Assembly (NCBI RefSeq): GCF_001194135.2
Contig: NC_068981.1
Span: 140,111,403-140,175,402 of the forward strand
Direction: 5' to 3'
DNA: 64,000 nucleotides
DNA from: Octopus bimaculoides
Lineage: Eukaryota
Below the pieces are notes generated by a model. That model ran no database searches, was not told where the DNA came from, and worked only from the letters and a program-made list of their open reading frames with translations. A program made the position numbers and the translations under genes. Below are positions 1 through 12,976 of this stretch, piece by piece (the first letter of the stretch is position 1; each line of letters starts with the position of its first letter).

Positions 1-626
1 AGCAAGGGTGTATGGCGGTAAAAAAATACTAACATAGGATGTCGTGTATTACCTAAGAACTATCTCCAAAACTGACTGTAATAAGATTATTGCACCATTT
101 TTAGAAGTCAAACAAAACCAATATTTCCTTTAGCATATCTCTTGACAAGACACTTACAATTCCCAATGTATGGGGGAATAACTTGACATAGAACGAAATA
201 CTGTTTTTTTTTTTAGTCTTTTTCCTATTTTACATATATGAAGTATAAAACAAACCTAAATGTAACATCTTAACTTTCCAAAAGCATAAACACATTCAAA
301 TAAATAACTTCTTCCTCTTGAGTAAAAAGACATCGGCGTAAACAATTCTATGATCAACACAGACAAAACTAATGTGCTAAAATATATTTATATGTGATAC
401 TAAGAAATAAAAGAAGTGGTTAAATTTTGTTTTGCAAAAGGTATGCAAAACAATGTGTTTGAAAATAAATTCTACTCAGTAGTTCAATTTACTTTTCAAG
501 TATCAGTCACCATCGTGAAAAAATACATGAAAGTAACTTTAAACAAAAATACCTTATGACCTTGGTTTAAAAAAAGTTCGATGAAGACTGGTTTCTCGAT
601 TAATAGCTACAACAATGAAGGTATTT

Positions 627-635
627 CGAAATTCC

Positions 636-679
<44 letters not shown>

Positions 680-759
680 GTCTGTCTGTCTGTCTGTCTG
701 TATGTATGTATGTCTGTCTGTGTGTCTTTCTGTCTGACTGTCTATTTATCTATATATTT
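627..759. repeat. Compound microsatellite (TCTA)n/(TCTG)n/(TATG)n running into an assembly gap
   Basis: Direct reading of tandem tetranucleotide units before the N-run at 760-1350. Confidence 0.95.
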
Positions 760-1350
760 NNNNNNNNNNNNNNNNNNNNNNNNNNNNNNNNNNNNNNNNN
801 NNNNNNNNNNNNNNNNNNNNNNNNNNNNNNNNNNNNNNNNNNNNNNNNNNNNNNNNNNNNNNNNNNNNNNNNNNNNNNNNNNNNNNNNNNNNNNNNNNNN
901 NNNNNNNNNNNNNNNNNNNNNNNNNNNNNNNNNNNNNNNNNNNNNNNNNNNNNNNNNNNNNNNNNNNNNNNNNNNNNNNNNNNNNNNNNNNNNNNNNNNN
1001 NNNNNNNNNNNNNNNNNNNNNNNNNNNNNNNNNNNNNNNNNNNNNNNNNNNNNNNNNNNNNNNNNNNNNNNNNNNNNNNNNNNNNNNNNNNNNNNNNNNN
1101 NNNNNNNNNNNNNNNNNNNNNNNNNNNNNNNNNNNNNNNNNNNNNNNNNNNNNNNNNNNNNNNNNNNNNNNNNNNNNNNNNNNNNNNNNNNNNNNNNNNN
1201 NNNNNNNNNNNNNNNNNNNNNNNNNNNNNNNNNNNNNNNNNNNNNNNNNNNNNNNNNNNNNNNNNNNNNNNNNNNNNNNNNNNNNNNNNNNNNNNNNNNN
1301 NNNNNNNNNNNNNNNNNNNNNNNNNNNNNNNNNNNNNNNNNNNNNNNNNN

Positions 1351-1450
1351 CTTCTTCTTCTTCTTCTTCTTCTTCTTCTTCTTCTTCTTCTTCTTCTTCT
1401 TCTTCTTCTTCTTCTTCTTCTTCTTCTTCTTCTTCTTCTTCTTCTTCTTC
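1351..1450. repeat. (CTT)n microsatellite
   Basis: About 33 perfect CTT units directly after the gap. Confidence 0.97.
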
Positions 1451-1454
1451 ATGT

Positions 1455-1635
1455 GGTAAGCTGCCTGAATCGTTAACACGCCAGATATGCCTAGTTGCAT
1501 TTCGATGGTCCTTATGTTCTGACCACAAATTCTGCCAAGGTTGACCTTGACTTTCGACTTTTCGTTGTCGATCAAATACATACGTACCAGTTGAGCATTT
1601 GGATCGATACAAACGACTTGTGCTTACCTCAAGAA
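1455..1635 (+). mobile_element. Older, diverged copy of the dispersed tRNA-type SINE
   Basis: Segments gaatcgttaacacgcc...gttctgaccacaaattctgccaaggttgaccttgactttc...gtaccagtt align by eye with the better copies at 1678, 54672 and 60675. Confidence 0.55.
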
Positions 1636-1677
1636 AAAAAATTCAGGTCTTGTACCTATAGTAGAAACGATTTTTAA

Positions 1678-1885
1678 GGCGGTGAGCTGGCAGAATTGTT
1701 AGCACGCTGGGCGAAATGTTTAGCAGTATCTTGCTCGTCGCTACGTTCTGAGTTCAAATTCCCCTGAGTTCTAGTTTACCTTTCATCCTTTCGGGGCCTA
1801 TAAATTAAGTACCAGTGAAACACTGGGGTCGATGTAATCTATTACTCCCATCTCCCAGACCTTGTGCCTCCAGTAGAAAACATTA
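1678..1885 (+). mobile_element. tRNA-type SINE (octopus-like family)
   Basis: ggcggtgagctggcagaattgttagcacg...gttctgagttcaaattc (B-box-like)...tttcatcctttcgggg...aagtaccagt...ggggtcgatgtaatc; the same motif order recurs at several other loci in the window. Confidence 0.85.
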
Positions 1886-2049
1886 TTATCATTGTTAGTA
1901 TTCTTATGTTCAGTGCACTTGAAGCTACAACTAATTCCGCTACTGCATTACTGGAAATTATACATATGAAACCAAAAATATTTTGGGAGGAAATGATTTT
2001 ATGAATAGTGCTTTTGAATATCTGTCATCTCAGTTCAATTTATTGAGTG

Positions 2050-2570
2050 AGTCAATATTTCAGAAATTTTATTTGTGAGGAAATATCGTTTGTCTTTCCT
2101 GGAGCATGTGTTTGAAATACCGTATTCTAAAAATAATTCAAGGCAAAAGATACAAAAATCTCGTATCCTCGATGCAGTTCAATTTCCGATGTATCTCACC
2201 TCGCATTTTGTATACGATTTATGCTCAATGAAATATGTATGCTAGCATTCCATGAAATAAAACCATCTTTTTATCCCTCACCTGAGACTTGTATCGAAAG
2301 AGATTCCGTTAATATTCGCATAAAGAGAATAAGAACAGGTTTAAGGCAAAGGAAATTATGTTTCTTTTGGAACAGCAGATCACGAAGCACATAAATTTAT
2401 AAATAATCACATGTATATATTGGGTTGTAAAACCCTTTCTGAATAGAAAATGTCGAAGGCCGCTCAAGGTAAAACACCTATTATTTATACAGGAGGCGTA
2501 TGCTCGTATTCCATGAGGAGCCTTTCTATCCGAAAATGTCTTTTTGACCCAATACATACTTGCTATTATT
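2050..2570 (+). mobile_element. Possible very decayed PLE 3' end (GIY-YIG region)
   Basis: Broken translation fragments (NFICEE..., VSHLAFC, KEIMFL...KHINL*) weakly follow the GIY-YIG order seen in better PLE copies, followed by an eroded catgaggag...ccgaaaatgtc motif. Confidence 0.3.
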
Positions 2571-4264
2571 TATAGCTTTATGTGCTTCGCGATTCATTCT
2601 TCCAAAATTTATTCTTCGAAAGTCTATATATTCTTATGGGGGCAAGAAAATTGCTGGAGTTTGACCTAGATATAAAACCCAATGTCTTTCAAATCTCACC
2701 TTAGTGTCCACTAAGATATAGATTTTAGCACGTTCTAACCAAATGCAAGACGTTTTGACCTGCATGGTACACCCATGACCATAATTCGGCTCATGCCGTA
2801 GAGTTAGCTAATACTTATTGTCACTAAGTAATATGTTTTTTCAAACAGAAGTACACCATTTAAAGACATCACTCGAGAAATGTAAGGAAGTACATTTAAA
2901 TGCTTCCATATTTTCTTTGTTGGAACATTTCAAGCGAAAATAGTGTTTTTTGTTCATAGCATGAGGATAGCAATTGTTCAATGGAAAATATTTTTCATAA
3001 ACAAAAAATTTGCGCAAGAAAACTACTTTAGAATAAGAATCTAAAACAACGAATTGAATCGGGGGGAAAAAAGGAAAAAAATAAAACCCTTGAACATTTC
3101 AGTCACTTTATAGTTGAAAAAAAAAATAGTAATTTAAATCTGAATTAGTTTCAACAACATCTATATTAAAAAAACATCCCTAAAATTCAAAGACTGCAAT
3201 ATATATTGGCTTAACCAAGTCATAAAGCCTATCTTCAATAAAAACTGTAATTGAATTTTATTTTCAATCTGCAGCTGAGAAACGTAATTTGACATTTTCA
3301 TATTTTAAAGTATATTACGATGAGTGATATTTCAGAAAATGCATTTATTTGTTTCTTTTATGCCTCTCTAAGAGCTTCTACTTCGTTACGATTTTGAAAT
3401 TGTATTTATCTACTCTAAGTGAAGTTCCTCTCACAGGTTTTGTTTGGCGGATGAATTAGTACATTGCCTTAATTACGGATAGTTTTATACAGTCTGAAGC
3501 AGTAGCGATAGAAGTGAAGTTATATTCAGGATGTTGGAGCCTTTACTTTTGTTGAATCTTACAATTCGTACAAGAGTACACTATGTTATGGAGAGACCTG
3601 TCAGTTATAGTGTTTGAATCAATGACATTGCATCTGACCATTGTGCTGACACGAATACTGAGGCTTGATGATTAGACCGTCTTCAATCTGGACATTATAT
3701 ATAAGTACTGGATGCATATGTTGACTCGGTTGTTTATTTACATAAGTACATAGAACTTTTATAATACACTTACTGATTAATGAACAATATTACGGGATTA
3801 ATAAATATTTTAGTATGTTTTGTTTTATGCAAATATATATATATCAGTAATCTACTTTACGAATCTATTGATTTCAATATTATATTTCACCAATATTAAC
3901 ATTATATTTTATATATCCCTGTGTGAAAAGCAAAGGATGGACTAATCATCACAGATACAAAGATATTCAAAAATCAACCAAAGACAATGTCGTTCTTGTA
4001 TTCAAGTTTAGATCATCGATGAAATTCAGTATAAACCAAATGTTAACTTGATTATGTCTATCTGTGTGAATGTGTGTGTACATGTGTTTAAGTATATATA
4101 TACATAGTTTATATATNNNNNNNNNNNNNNNNNNNNNNNNNNNNNNNNNNNNNNNNNNNNNNNNNNNNNNNNNNNNNNNNNNNNNNNNNNNNNNNNNNNN
4201 NNNNNNNNNNNNNNNNNNNNNNNNNNNNNNNNNNNNNNNNNNNNNNNNTGTAGTGTATATATAC

Positions 4265-4306
<42 letters not shown>

Positions 4307-4312
4307 GTATAT

Positions 4313-7130
4313 GTAGTGTTTTTTCAAAAACGCTGGATGTTTTTGTGTCAAACAAGAAATAGGGTAGGAGTTATCAAGTTACCGTGGATAAGGGGAGACA
4401 ATTCTGTGAGTTTTGTACTCTTTAATTGGAATGCTGGATTCTTTGTAAACAGGATGCTTATGTGTTCTTAGATTTAATGAGGTAGGTTAGGAAAAAGAAT
4501 ACGGTCACCGTGGAATCTGCATATTAAGAAGTGTTTGGAATTTTTCAATAAAAGGATTCTCCTTCTTGATTCTTTCTTTTTTAGATATTCTGTCTTTACA
4601 TTGATAGAGAGGGAATATAAAAAATCTGGGATTTTTATTTCTAGCGTAAGTATCTATGTGGCCACTGAGTGGAATTTGACGGTATTGGGTGAGATTTATC
4701 TGTTTTTATGGACTGCTACTCTTCTGCGTAATGCTGCTTGTTTGTCCGATATAATTGTTTTGGCAACCTGCGCATGTAAGGAAGTAAATAAGGTTCTCGG
4801 GGAACAAGAGAAGTTGGTCTTGATTTTAAACTTTATTCCTTGTTTGAAAGTAAATTCAGAGCCTTCAAGTAAGTAGAGGCAGGCACCACAGTTTAACTGA
4901 TGGGGGTAGATGTGATGTGTGTAGTTTGGCATTTGGTAAGAGCTTTTTCAATGATTTGTGTTGCCTTTTGCATTTAAGGATTTTATGTGTATTGATAATA
5001 TTGTTCCTTTTCGGGTCCGTGGTCATTAAGGGGAGGATTTTGTATGATTGTGGTGCATGCTTCGATGTTTTGGGGTTTGTGGGTGGTAATGTATGGAAGT
5101 ATTTTGAGGTTGGGTGTGTTACTGTGTTGGGTGGTTTTCAGTGTATCTTTGTCGAGTTCCTTGGCACGTTTTATTCCATAGTCTATGAGTGTGGAGGGAT
5201 ATTGGCGTTGTAATAGTATTTTTTGAGGTCTTGTAGGCATATTTGTCGAGTGGTTAGATCAGAGACAATGGTGAAAATCCTTTTAGCTAAGTTAAAGGGG
5301 ATATTTATCTCATTGTGTTTTGGCTGGCATGAGCTGAAGAATAGATATTGTTGTGTGTTTGTAGGTTTCTGGTAGATGTCGATTGTCATTTGGTTGTTAT
5401 GTGTTTTTATAATTAGGAAATCAAGAAAAGGGAGATGATGTTTGCTGAATTTCATAGTTAATTGAATGTTGGGATGTATGTTGTTAAGTGTGGTTTTTCA
5501 TAAGATTCTTTCCATATGATGAAACAATCATCTTAGTATCTTTTCCAGTTTTCCATTAAGTAGATGTGGAAATGGTGTCGAAATTTCTGGTGTGATATCT
5601 CATAAAGGGATAGTTCGAAGAAGCGCATTATGAGGTTCGCAAGGACCGGTGTCGCTTTGGTACCCATCGCGATACCACATTATTGACGGTCGCGTGTGTT
5701 TTCGAAGAGGAAGTAATTGTTTGTCAGAATGAATTTGAGTGAGTGATTCCATAACGAAGTTCTTACTAATGTGGTTAGGAAATGCTTCAGGTTGTTTCTC
5801 CAACCAGAATTCAATTGCCTCAATACCATATTCATGTGGGATGTTGGTATAGAGGTTGATAACATCAAAGGAAACCAAGAATGCCTCCTCGTTGGTTGTT
5901 TTCGAGAGCTGCTTGAGCAATTCAAAATCATCTATAATGAAACTTTCGATGTGACTGAGGAAAGGTTTCAAAAGGATGTCCAGGAAATTGCTTTAGCGGT
6001 GTGTTTCGCAGCAGGTGCCAGCTATAATGGGTCTTAGTTTTGAGTCTTCCAGTTTCTTGATGTTGATGTGGATGTCAGAGGAGAGTTTTCAGGCTTCGGT
6101 GATGGATTTGTTTTTATGGACTTTAGGGAGTTCATAGAAGAGGCTGGGCTTGCATTTGAAATTAGTGATATAATCCTTTTCTTTTTCCGTGAGCCCTTGG
6201 CCGTGTTGGAGTATAAGAGTGGTGAGGTTTTTATGTGTTTTTTGTTGTTTGTAGTTAGTGATTATTTCGTAGAAAGAGCTGTCGTTTAGTAAGGAGAGTA
6301 CTTGGTGTTTGTAAAAATCTGTGTCCATAAGGACTACAGTACTACCTTTGTCGGTTTCTTTGATAGTAGGGCTTTTGTCATGTTGTAGGTCTCTAAGGTT
6401 TTTCCATTCTTTGCTACTTGGTTTTTGGTGGGGTAAAGGGGAAATTCTGGATGTAGTTGCAAAAATTACCCAGTGCTTTTTTTTTCTTCCATTGGACAGT
6501 AGGTAGTTGATTTTGTTTTTAACAATTGAATCATCCTCATTGTTGAGGTCTGTAAAAGATTCTGTTAGGCGAAGCTTTCTGCAAAATTCTGAAATGTCAT
6601 CCTTGATCTCAGAAAGGTTGGGTGCTCTTGGGGTGGGTTTGAATTTCAAGATTCTGGCTAGGATGTTAATTTGGGCTGGTGTAAGTGTTCTGGTAGTACG
6701 GGTAGGGGTGTTTTTGAGAGGAGATGTTGGAAGGAGATAGGTAGTTGTAGTGCTTGTGTTGGTATGGGATGTGATGGTTTAAGGCTTTGTGAGAAATGCA
6801 GGGGGTTTGTGGGTGTTTCTAAGGTGCAATGTGTTTAATTTGGAATTTACAGCGTAGTATAATGGGGGAAGAGTTTAACCATTTGCCTTAAATTTCAGCT
6901 TTGTTGCGGTTTCTAATCATGTTCCGGTAGAGAATGTTTTCTGTTGTGTAGTTTCATGGTCCATTAAATCTAAGAACAGACATAAGTATCCTGTTTACAA
7001 AGAATCCAGCATTCCAATTAAAGAGTACAAAACTCGCAGAAGTGTCTCCCCTTATCCACAGGAACTTGATAACTGCTACCCCATTTCCTGTTTGACACAT
7101 AAACATCCAGCGTTTTTGAAAAAATCTCTA
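4313..7130 (-). mobile_element. Decayed Penelope-like retroelement (RT + C-terminal GIY-YIG endonuclease) with inverted terminal pseudo-LTR copies
   Basis: Minus-strand fragments: ILARILKFKPTP; IKETDKGSTVVLMD; LVSFDVINLYTNIPH; CGIAMGTKATPVLANL; catalytic WKRY*DDCFIIW (5528-5539, stop inside YxDD); LPFLDFLI..IYQKPTNTQQYL; GIY-YIG region ...RRRVAVHK...QYRQIPLSGHIDT. 4313-4478 and 6961-7130 are inverted copies of each other. Confidence 0.92.
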
Positions 7131-7414
7131 CACAGGAACACAAATCATCCTAACACTTCCAACAAGTTTTTCCAAGGAAAACTAGTAAGCTTCAAAAGTT
7201 TAAAGACACTATGATATATTGGTATATTTATTTATTTTATACATTTATTATTTTTTGAAAAAAAAAAAAACATTTTTGTCCCTTTTTTTTGAAAATTTGC
7301 CATGCAATGAAAGCCCCTTTGAAATCCTTTTTAACCTTCCTTACAGCCATTTATATTAAATTGTGCTTTCATTTTAGTATTGGATCATATAAGCCCTCGA
7401 CGGAAAAAATGTCC

Positions 7415-7481
7415 TTCTCAGCCTGCTGGAAATCGAACCCACACCTCTTGTATTCGTGATAAAGGTGCTACCGATAACACG
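7415..7481 (-). pseudogene. tRNA-like remnant (SINE head or tRNA pseudogene)
   Basis: Minus strand reads ...atcggtagcacctttatcacgaatacaagaggtgtgggttcgatttccagcagg with a B-box-like GGTTCGATT; a cloverleaf is not fully formable. Confidence 0.4.
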
Positions 7482-9000
7482 TTTAGTATTTTTTTTTATT
7501 TGAAGATAAAGAGGAATGTCTGAGAGAAATAGTCTTATGTTTTGGTTAATGGTTTTGGCGTGATAACATTTGATATTGTTTACGTAATACTGATTTTTTT
7601 CCGTTTTCTTTCTTATNNNNNNNNNNNNNNNNNNNNNNNNNNNNNNNNNNNNNNNNNNNNNNNNNNNNNNNNNNNNNNNNNNNNNNNNNNNNNNNNNNNN
7701 NNNNNNNNNNNNNNNNNNNNNNNNNNNNNNNNNNNNNNNNNNNNNNNNNNNNNNNNNNNNNNNNNNNNNNNNNNNNNNNNNNNNNNNNNNNNNNNNNNNN
7801 NNNNNNNNNNNNNNNNNNNNNNNNNNNNNNNNNNNNNNNNNNNNNNNNNNNNNNNNNNNNNNNNNNNNNNNNNNNNNNNNNNNNNNNNNNNNNNNNNNNN
7901 NNNNNNNNNNNNNNNNNNNNNNNNNNNNNNNNNNNNNNNNNNNNNNNNNNNNNNNNNNNNNNNNNNNNNNNNNNNNNNNNNNNNNNNNNNNNNNNNNNNN
8001 NNNNNNNNNNNNNNNNNNNNNNNNNNNNNNNNNNNNNNNNNNNNNNNNNNNNNNNNNNNNNNNNNNNNNNNNNNNNNNNNNNNNNNNNNNNNNNNNNNNN
8101 NNNNNNNNNNNNNNNNNNNNNNNNNNNNNNNNNNNNNNNNNNNNNNNNNNATATATATATATATATATAATATTTGGGATAAAAATCTAAATTTGCAGGT
8201 AAAAACTCATTTAAACTCAATTTATCAAAAATTAAAATTTAAATTAAGTTTCACAGTATAAAATATATAAATATATAGTTTTAGAGAGAGAACCAAAGAT
8301 CATGAACTCATCCATGAAAATCCGCAGTCACATATAGAAAAATTAATGAGTAAAGGCACAATGAATAAATATAATATAATACAAATAAAAATCATTAAAT
8401 AATGATAATCAAACGACTACACTTGTTTCATAACCAAGTTTTCAAATACAAAATAAAATATATTCAAATCGATTAAATCGATCAAAAATCAATTCTATAA
8501 AAAAATATAGCTAATCTTAAGGTCAAAATACAATAATAATAATAATAATAATTATAATAAAAAGAATGTATATATCAAGCAACAATAAGTAACAAATGAA
8601 TGTATATAAAAATACTTATTATATTAAGATAGAAAAATATTAAACAATAACGAGGATTTTAGCCATGTGTTGAGAGGAATTCTTTGGGGTTTCAATAGTT
8701 CACATCTAGAAACATAGGTGTTTTGTTCATTGTTTTTAAACAACCTCATTCAGAGACCTTTTGAGCAGGATGGTCTTCCCGATCTGAAGAAAATTCTAAC
8801 TAGGCTCTATTTGCAAGGTCATGCGTTGTTTACCTTCACATTAGGTCACCATGTTCACGCACGTGTGGTTGTGATGCGTGTGTCTGAGACACCCTTATCA
8901 GATGGGTAGTCATAATGTGTATATTGAGCTTCGTATATTTTTACCTCAGTATCACTTTGATGGCATGCTCTCTCACTCAAATACGATAATAATAATAACG

Positions 9001-9490
9001 TTCATTGGAGACTGTTTGAGAAGTAAAAGTTCACTGTAGACTGTGTGAAATATACGGGTTCGCAAGACATTGTGTAAAATACGGATCCACTGGGGACTGA
9101 AAAACACGGTCTAGAAAGAAGACGGAAATGTTACAAGCAAGGACAATGAATATAACATCTTGTGGGATTTTACAATGCAGTGTGACTCTCTAATTGATGC
9201 TCGGAGACTAGACATTGTTGTGGTAACTAAAAGAAACAAAGAAACCAAGATCAGAGATATTGTCATATCTGGGGATGCACATTTATAGATGACAAAGAGC
9301 TGAAAAAGATTTTAAAATACAGACTCCTAAAAGATAAAATTGCAAGAATGTGGGCAATCAGGAGAGTAATTATTATCCCAGTAATTGTAGGGTCCCTCAG
9401 AGAACTAGCAGCCAAGTTCGGCAAAATATGTTGGAGAAACTGGAACTGAAATGAGGGCAGAGCAAGGCCAAAAAGCTGCTCTATTTGGGT
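9001..9490 (+). mobile_element. R2-superfamily (R4/Dong-like) LINE fragment, restriction-like endonuclease region
   Basis: Translation KDNEYNILWDFTMQCDSLIDARRLDIVVV..KETKIRDIVISGD..KILKYRLLKDKIARMWAIRRVIIIPVIVGSL matches the PD-(D/E)xK RLE C-terminus; frameshifted. Confidence 0.85.
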
Positions 9491-9912
9491 GCGGGGTTGA
9501 GATTGGTGCTTTGATGTTTAATCTCTTCTACGATAATTAACAACCAAGTATAAAAGCTTATAATGTGTGGGAAGCGACCTTGTAAGACCTCTCACAACAG
9601 TCTGCTGTCCACTGTCACAGAATCAGACTAGCCAGTTTATTTTCGTCGGCACCCAGTCTCCCCGAAAGCGTCTCGCTCTTCCCCGCCACTAATACTCTAT
9701 AAATTTCTAAAGCGGGACATACACCGATCCCATTGCTCGAACAGCTGAGGGCTGTGTGCGCCGGAGGACATTCTAGGTGCCAGGCGTCCAATCTCGGTCT
9801 TTTCGTCATCCGCGGCAGTCAGACGATAAATGATAACACAAGCGATGAGGCATTCACGACCTTTTCCCGACTATTCCGGGACAGCTTCTCAGCCCAATAA
9901 TTATAATAAAAC

Positions 9913-9915
<3 letters not shown>

Positions 9916-9970
<55 letters not shown>
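9916..9970. repeat. (TG)n microsatellite
   Basis: Direct reading. Confidence 0.97.
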
Positions 9971-9972
<2 letters not shown>

Positions 9973-11439
9973 CACGCGCGCGCGTATTTGAAAGAGCTCG
10001 AGAGTGAATTTCGTCTTTCGGTAGTGGTCATTAAATTAAGTATCTATATTCATGCGAATTTTCTCTCTAAGATTTGACTTTTACTCATGCAACTAAATTT
10101 TCATTAGGCCAGATATTTAGGCAACTATGTATATTTCAAATCGCTGACAATCCGCATAAACATCAAGTTTATTGGAGTTTTCCAGCGGAATAGCAAATCA
10201 TTTCATCAGAATATGCAATCTTATATATACTGTAATCTCTAATTGAATATATAACGCTTATCTAATGCACAATTTGAATCTTAGATGTAGAATAGGATAA
10301 ATTCTGAAGAAGAGAAGCAAAATTTACCTAACCTAATTTCCGTGCCCTATTGAATTAGATTTATACTTTTCAAAGTTAATATATCAAACAAATTTGTAAT
10401 TAATGTTTCGTTACCTTCCATAAAATTTCCTTCTACGTTTGTCAAATACTAAATGCAACAAGTAATATCATTTGTCGTAAGTGAAATTGAATTCCCTGAC
10501 ATTAGATGAGTATGATATATTTAATCTTAAAACACAGAACAAACCGAGGAGAGATTTATGTTATGAAATATATTTGATTGTATATGTCGTGTCATTTATG
10601 CATCTCCTTAAAAAGTTATGAAGCAGTAGTTCGAGAATACAAATTTTTAATGCCAACGATTTATAGAACAATAAAACACAAATTTTGAAACAGTTGTTTT
10701 TACAGAATACTTATAAAATGTACAGGGGATAGAAAAATTTAATATAAATTATCAATTCTACAAAGGGAAGGTTGACAGTAACTTCGAAAGTTCGCTTTGC
10801 TCGCCTCCAGTAAACTGCTTTAAGTCTTTACAAGGGATGTTTATGGCGTATTTATTGTTTAGAAAATCCTTTGGGGGGATAGATAGTGCAATATAATTGA
10901 TAACTGGATGTGTCATACATAGATCGGAGAAGTAGTTGTGTAGGGAAGTGGGTGAGGATAATATAAAGAATATGTTTACTGAATGTGAGTTGTTATAAAT
11001 TTATGGCGAAGAAATTTTTCCTATTTGATAGTGTATTTTATTATTGTTTAGGGAATAATCGGATATGTCAAATTCACATCACGATGTTATTTGCATAGAA
11101 ATTGCAGATTTTGTGTTTTAAGTTGCATAAAAGAATATCTAAAGATAAATCAGCCGGCCGTACCCTATAAGTCAGACATAAGTTTGAAATCATATAGGTG
11201 TTAGTAGATATCTTTTAAGAAATTTTAAATTTAGCTTATTCTGAAGGTATTTTATACATACACACGCACAGACATACACACACCCAATACAGACAAACAC
11301 ATACATATTTATATGCGCATATCCGTAGGCATACATAAAGATATGTTTACATATACATATATACAAAGATAAACGTAGGAGTAAGCTACAGATGTATTTT
11401 CTATGGTAAGGAAAGGATGAATGTGCATGAGAGATTGCC

Positions 11440-12130
11440 ATGTTTAGATTTTGAATAGATTTATAGATCTGAAAAGTCTTGTAGTTCTGAAGATTTGATG
11501 TTTGCAGGAAGAGAGTAACTCGGAGTTTTGTTTGAGTATGTGTGTCTTAATTTGTGTAATAATGTGTGAGTCTTCATTTGTTATAATTCTATAGTGCAGG
11601 GATTCTAAGGTTTGGTGTTCGATCGGTAAGGCTGTACACGGAATGACTCTTTTCAATTAACGACTTAATGGAGTTTCTATAATATTAATACCCATATGCG
11701 TTTAGATAATGAAGTGTAGTTTTCATGTTTGGTTTGCAAAATAATATGCGCGTACTGGTTTACCGTGTTTTGAATCGCTTTGCTTTTAATCCTATAAATG
11801 TCGCGGTAGTTAGTATTGTGGTGTTCGTAGTTGCAGTTTCACTATAGATAATGTTACCTGTAAGGCAATTCTGTTTAGTGGTTAAACCGAATAGATGTTG
11901 CTGTTACTATTAGTGACATATGGTGCGCGGTTTTGGTTTTCATATTTTGAAAATTTTCGTGTGAGTACTTTGTGTGTTATTTTGGCACTGTTTCGGTACG
12001 TACACGGCTTCTGTGGTTAGTCGTTTATGTTTATGAGAAATTTTAGAATATGTGACTATTACTCACTAGTATCTTCTATCAGGATATTATGTAGCATGTG
12101 GTATAATGTGTTACAGATCTTCCTTTTGAT
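11440..12130 (-). mobile_element. Decayed 3' part of a second PLE lineage (GIY-YIG C-terminus)
   Basis: Minus-strand fragments PLN.xCLTGNIIY, FIGLKAKRFKTR and ILKQNSELLSSCKHQ parallel PLNGACMSETIIYEA, YMGLTEGNF and LNSRTELFGSCPH in the 36.4-37.2 kb copy. Confidence 0.6.
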
Positions 12131-12500
12131 ATATGTAACGCCATCCTACGAGAAATTATACTAGAATGGACAACATAACAGTAAGTGGTCTAAAGAATAC
12201 AACTTTCAGTTAATCAAAATCGTAGACTGTTTACCATTAGTAGTTTTTACCCAGGTTTACATGATTTTGGTGTTATTGAGAACTAGATGTTAGGAGTATG
12301 ATGTGTGTTTAGTTGCAGTACGATACCGCGGGGCCTGACAAAGAATAATGGTTGTGTCAGAGGTCTCTGGAACTCAGCCATTAGGATGCGCATATTCATC
12401 CATATACACTTCCCTTTATTCACTCTCTACTTAATAACCTAGGGTCCTCTAACAAGCGTACGGAATTTTAATTTGCATGTGGCTGAAGCAAACTGTTTTA

Positions 12501-12562
<62 letters not shown>

Positions 12563-12586
12563 TAATAATAATAATAATAATAATAA
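12501..12586. repeat. (TAA)n microsatellite, 5' flank of an R4/Dong-like insertion
   Basis: Direct reading. Confidence 0.97.
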
Positions 12587-12589
12587 GAT

Positions 12590-12976
12590 CATGAAGAAAA
12601 AAATGCTTTCTAATTGATGTATCAATACCAGCAGATGACAACGTTTCTCTAAAAGAAATGGAAAAACTTTCAAAATACAAAGACCTGGAAATAGAGATAA
12701 CTCGAATGTGGAATCTAAAAACAGAAACAATTCCTATCATAGTAGGTGCCTTAGGTATAATAAAAAAATATTCAGACAAATACATAACAAAAACACCAGG
12801 ACTTACAAATATATATAACATACAGAAAATTGCACGACTGGGTACTGCACACATTCTACGCAAAACACTTTCAATACAGTAAACATAAGAGCACCACAGC
12901 AAACCACAGCACATACCCAAGGCGCACAGAGCTGCGCCCGGTAGTGAAGTGAAAGCACGTTATAAAAATAAAACTA

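Noticed and set aside
581-1612. Long ORFs of 250-330 aa in the track (here and at 7.5-8.2, 19.5-20.3, 23.3-24.3, 46.0-46.7, 47.8-49.7, 52.0-52.7 kb)
   Set aside because: They consist of X residues from assembly N-gaps plus microsatellite-derived homopolymers; not genes.
10640-11140. Faint PLE linker/GIY-YIG-like fragments on the minus strand (similar faint signal at 29.9-30.2 kb and 8.65-8.9 kb)
   Set aside because: Too degraded to support by eye; would need a frameshift-tolerant profile search.
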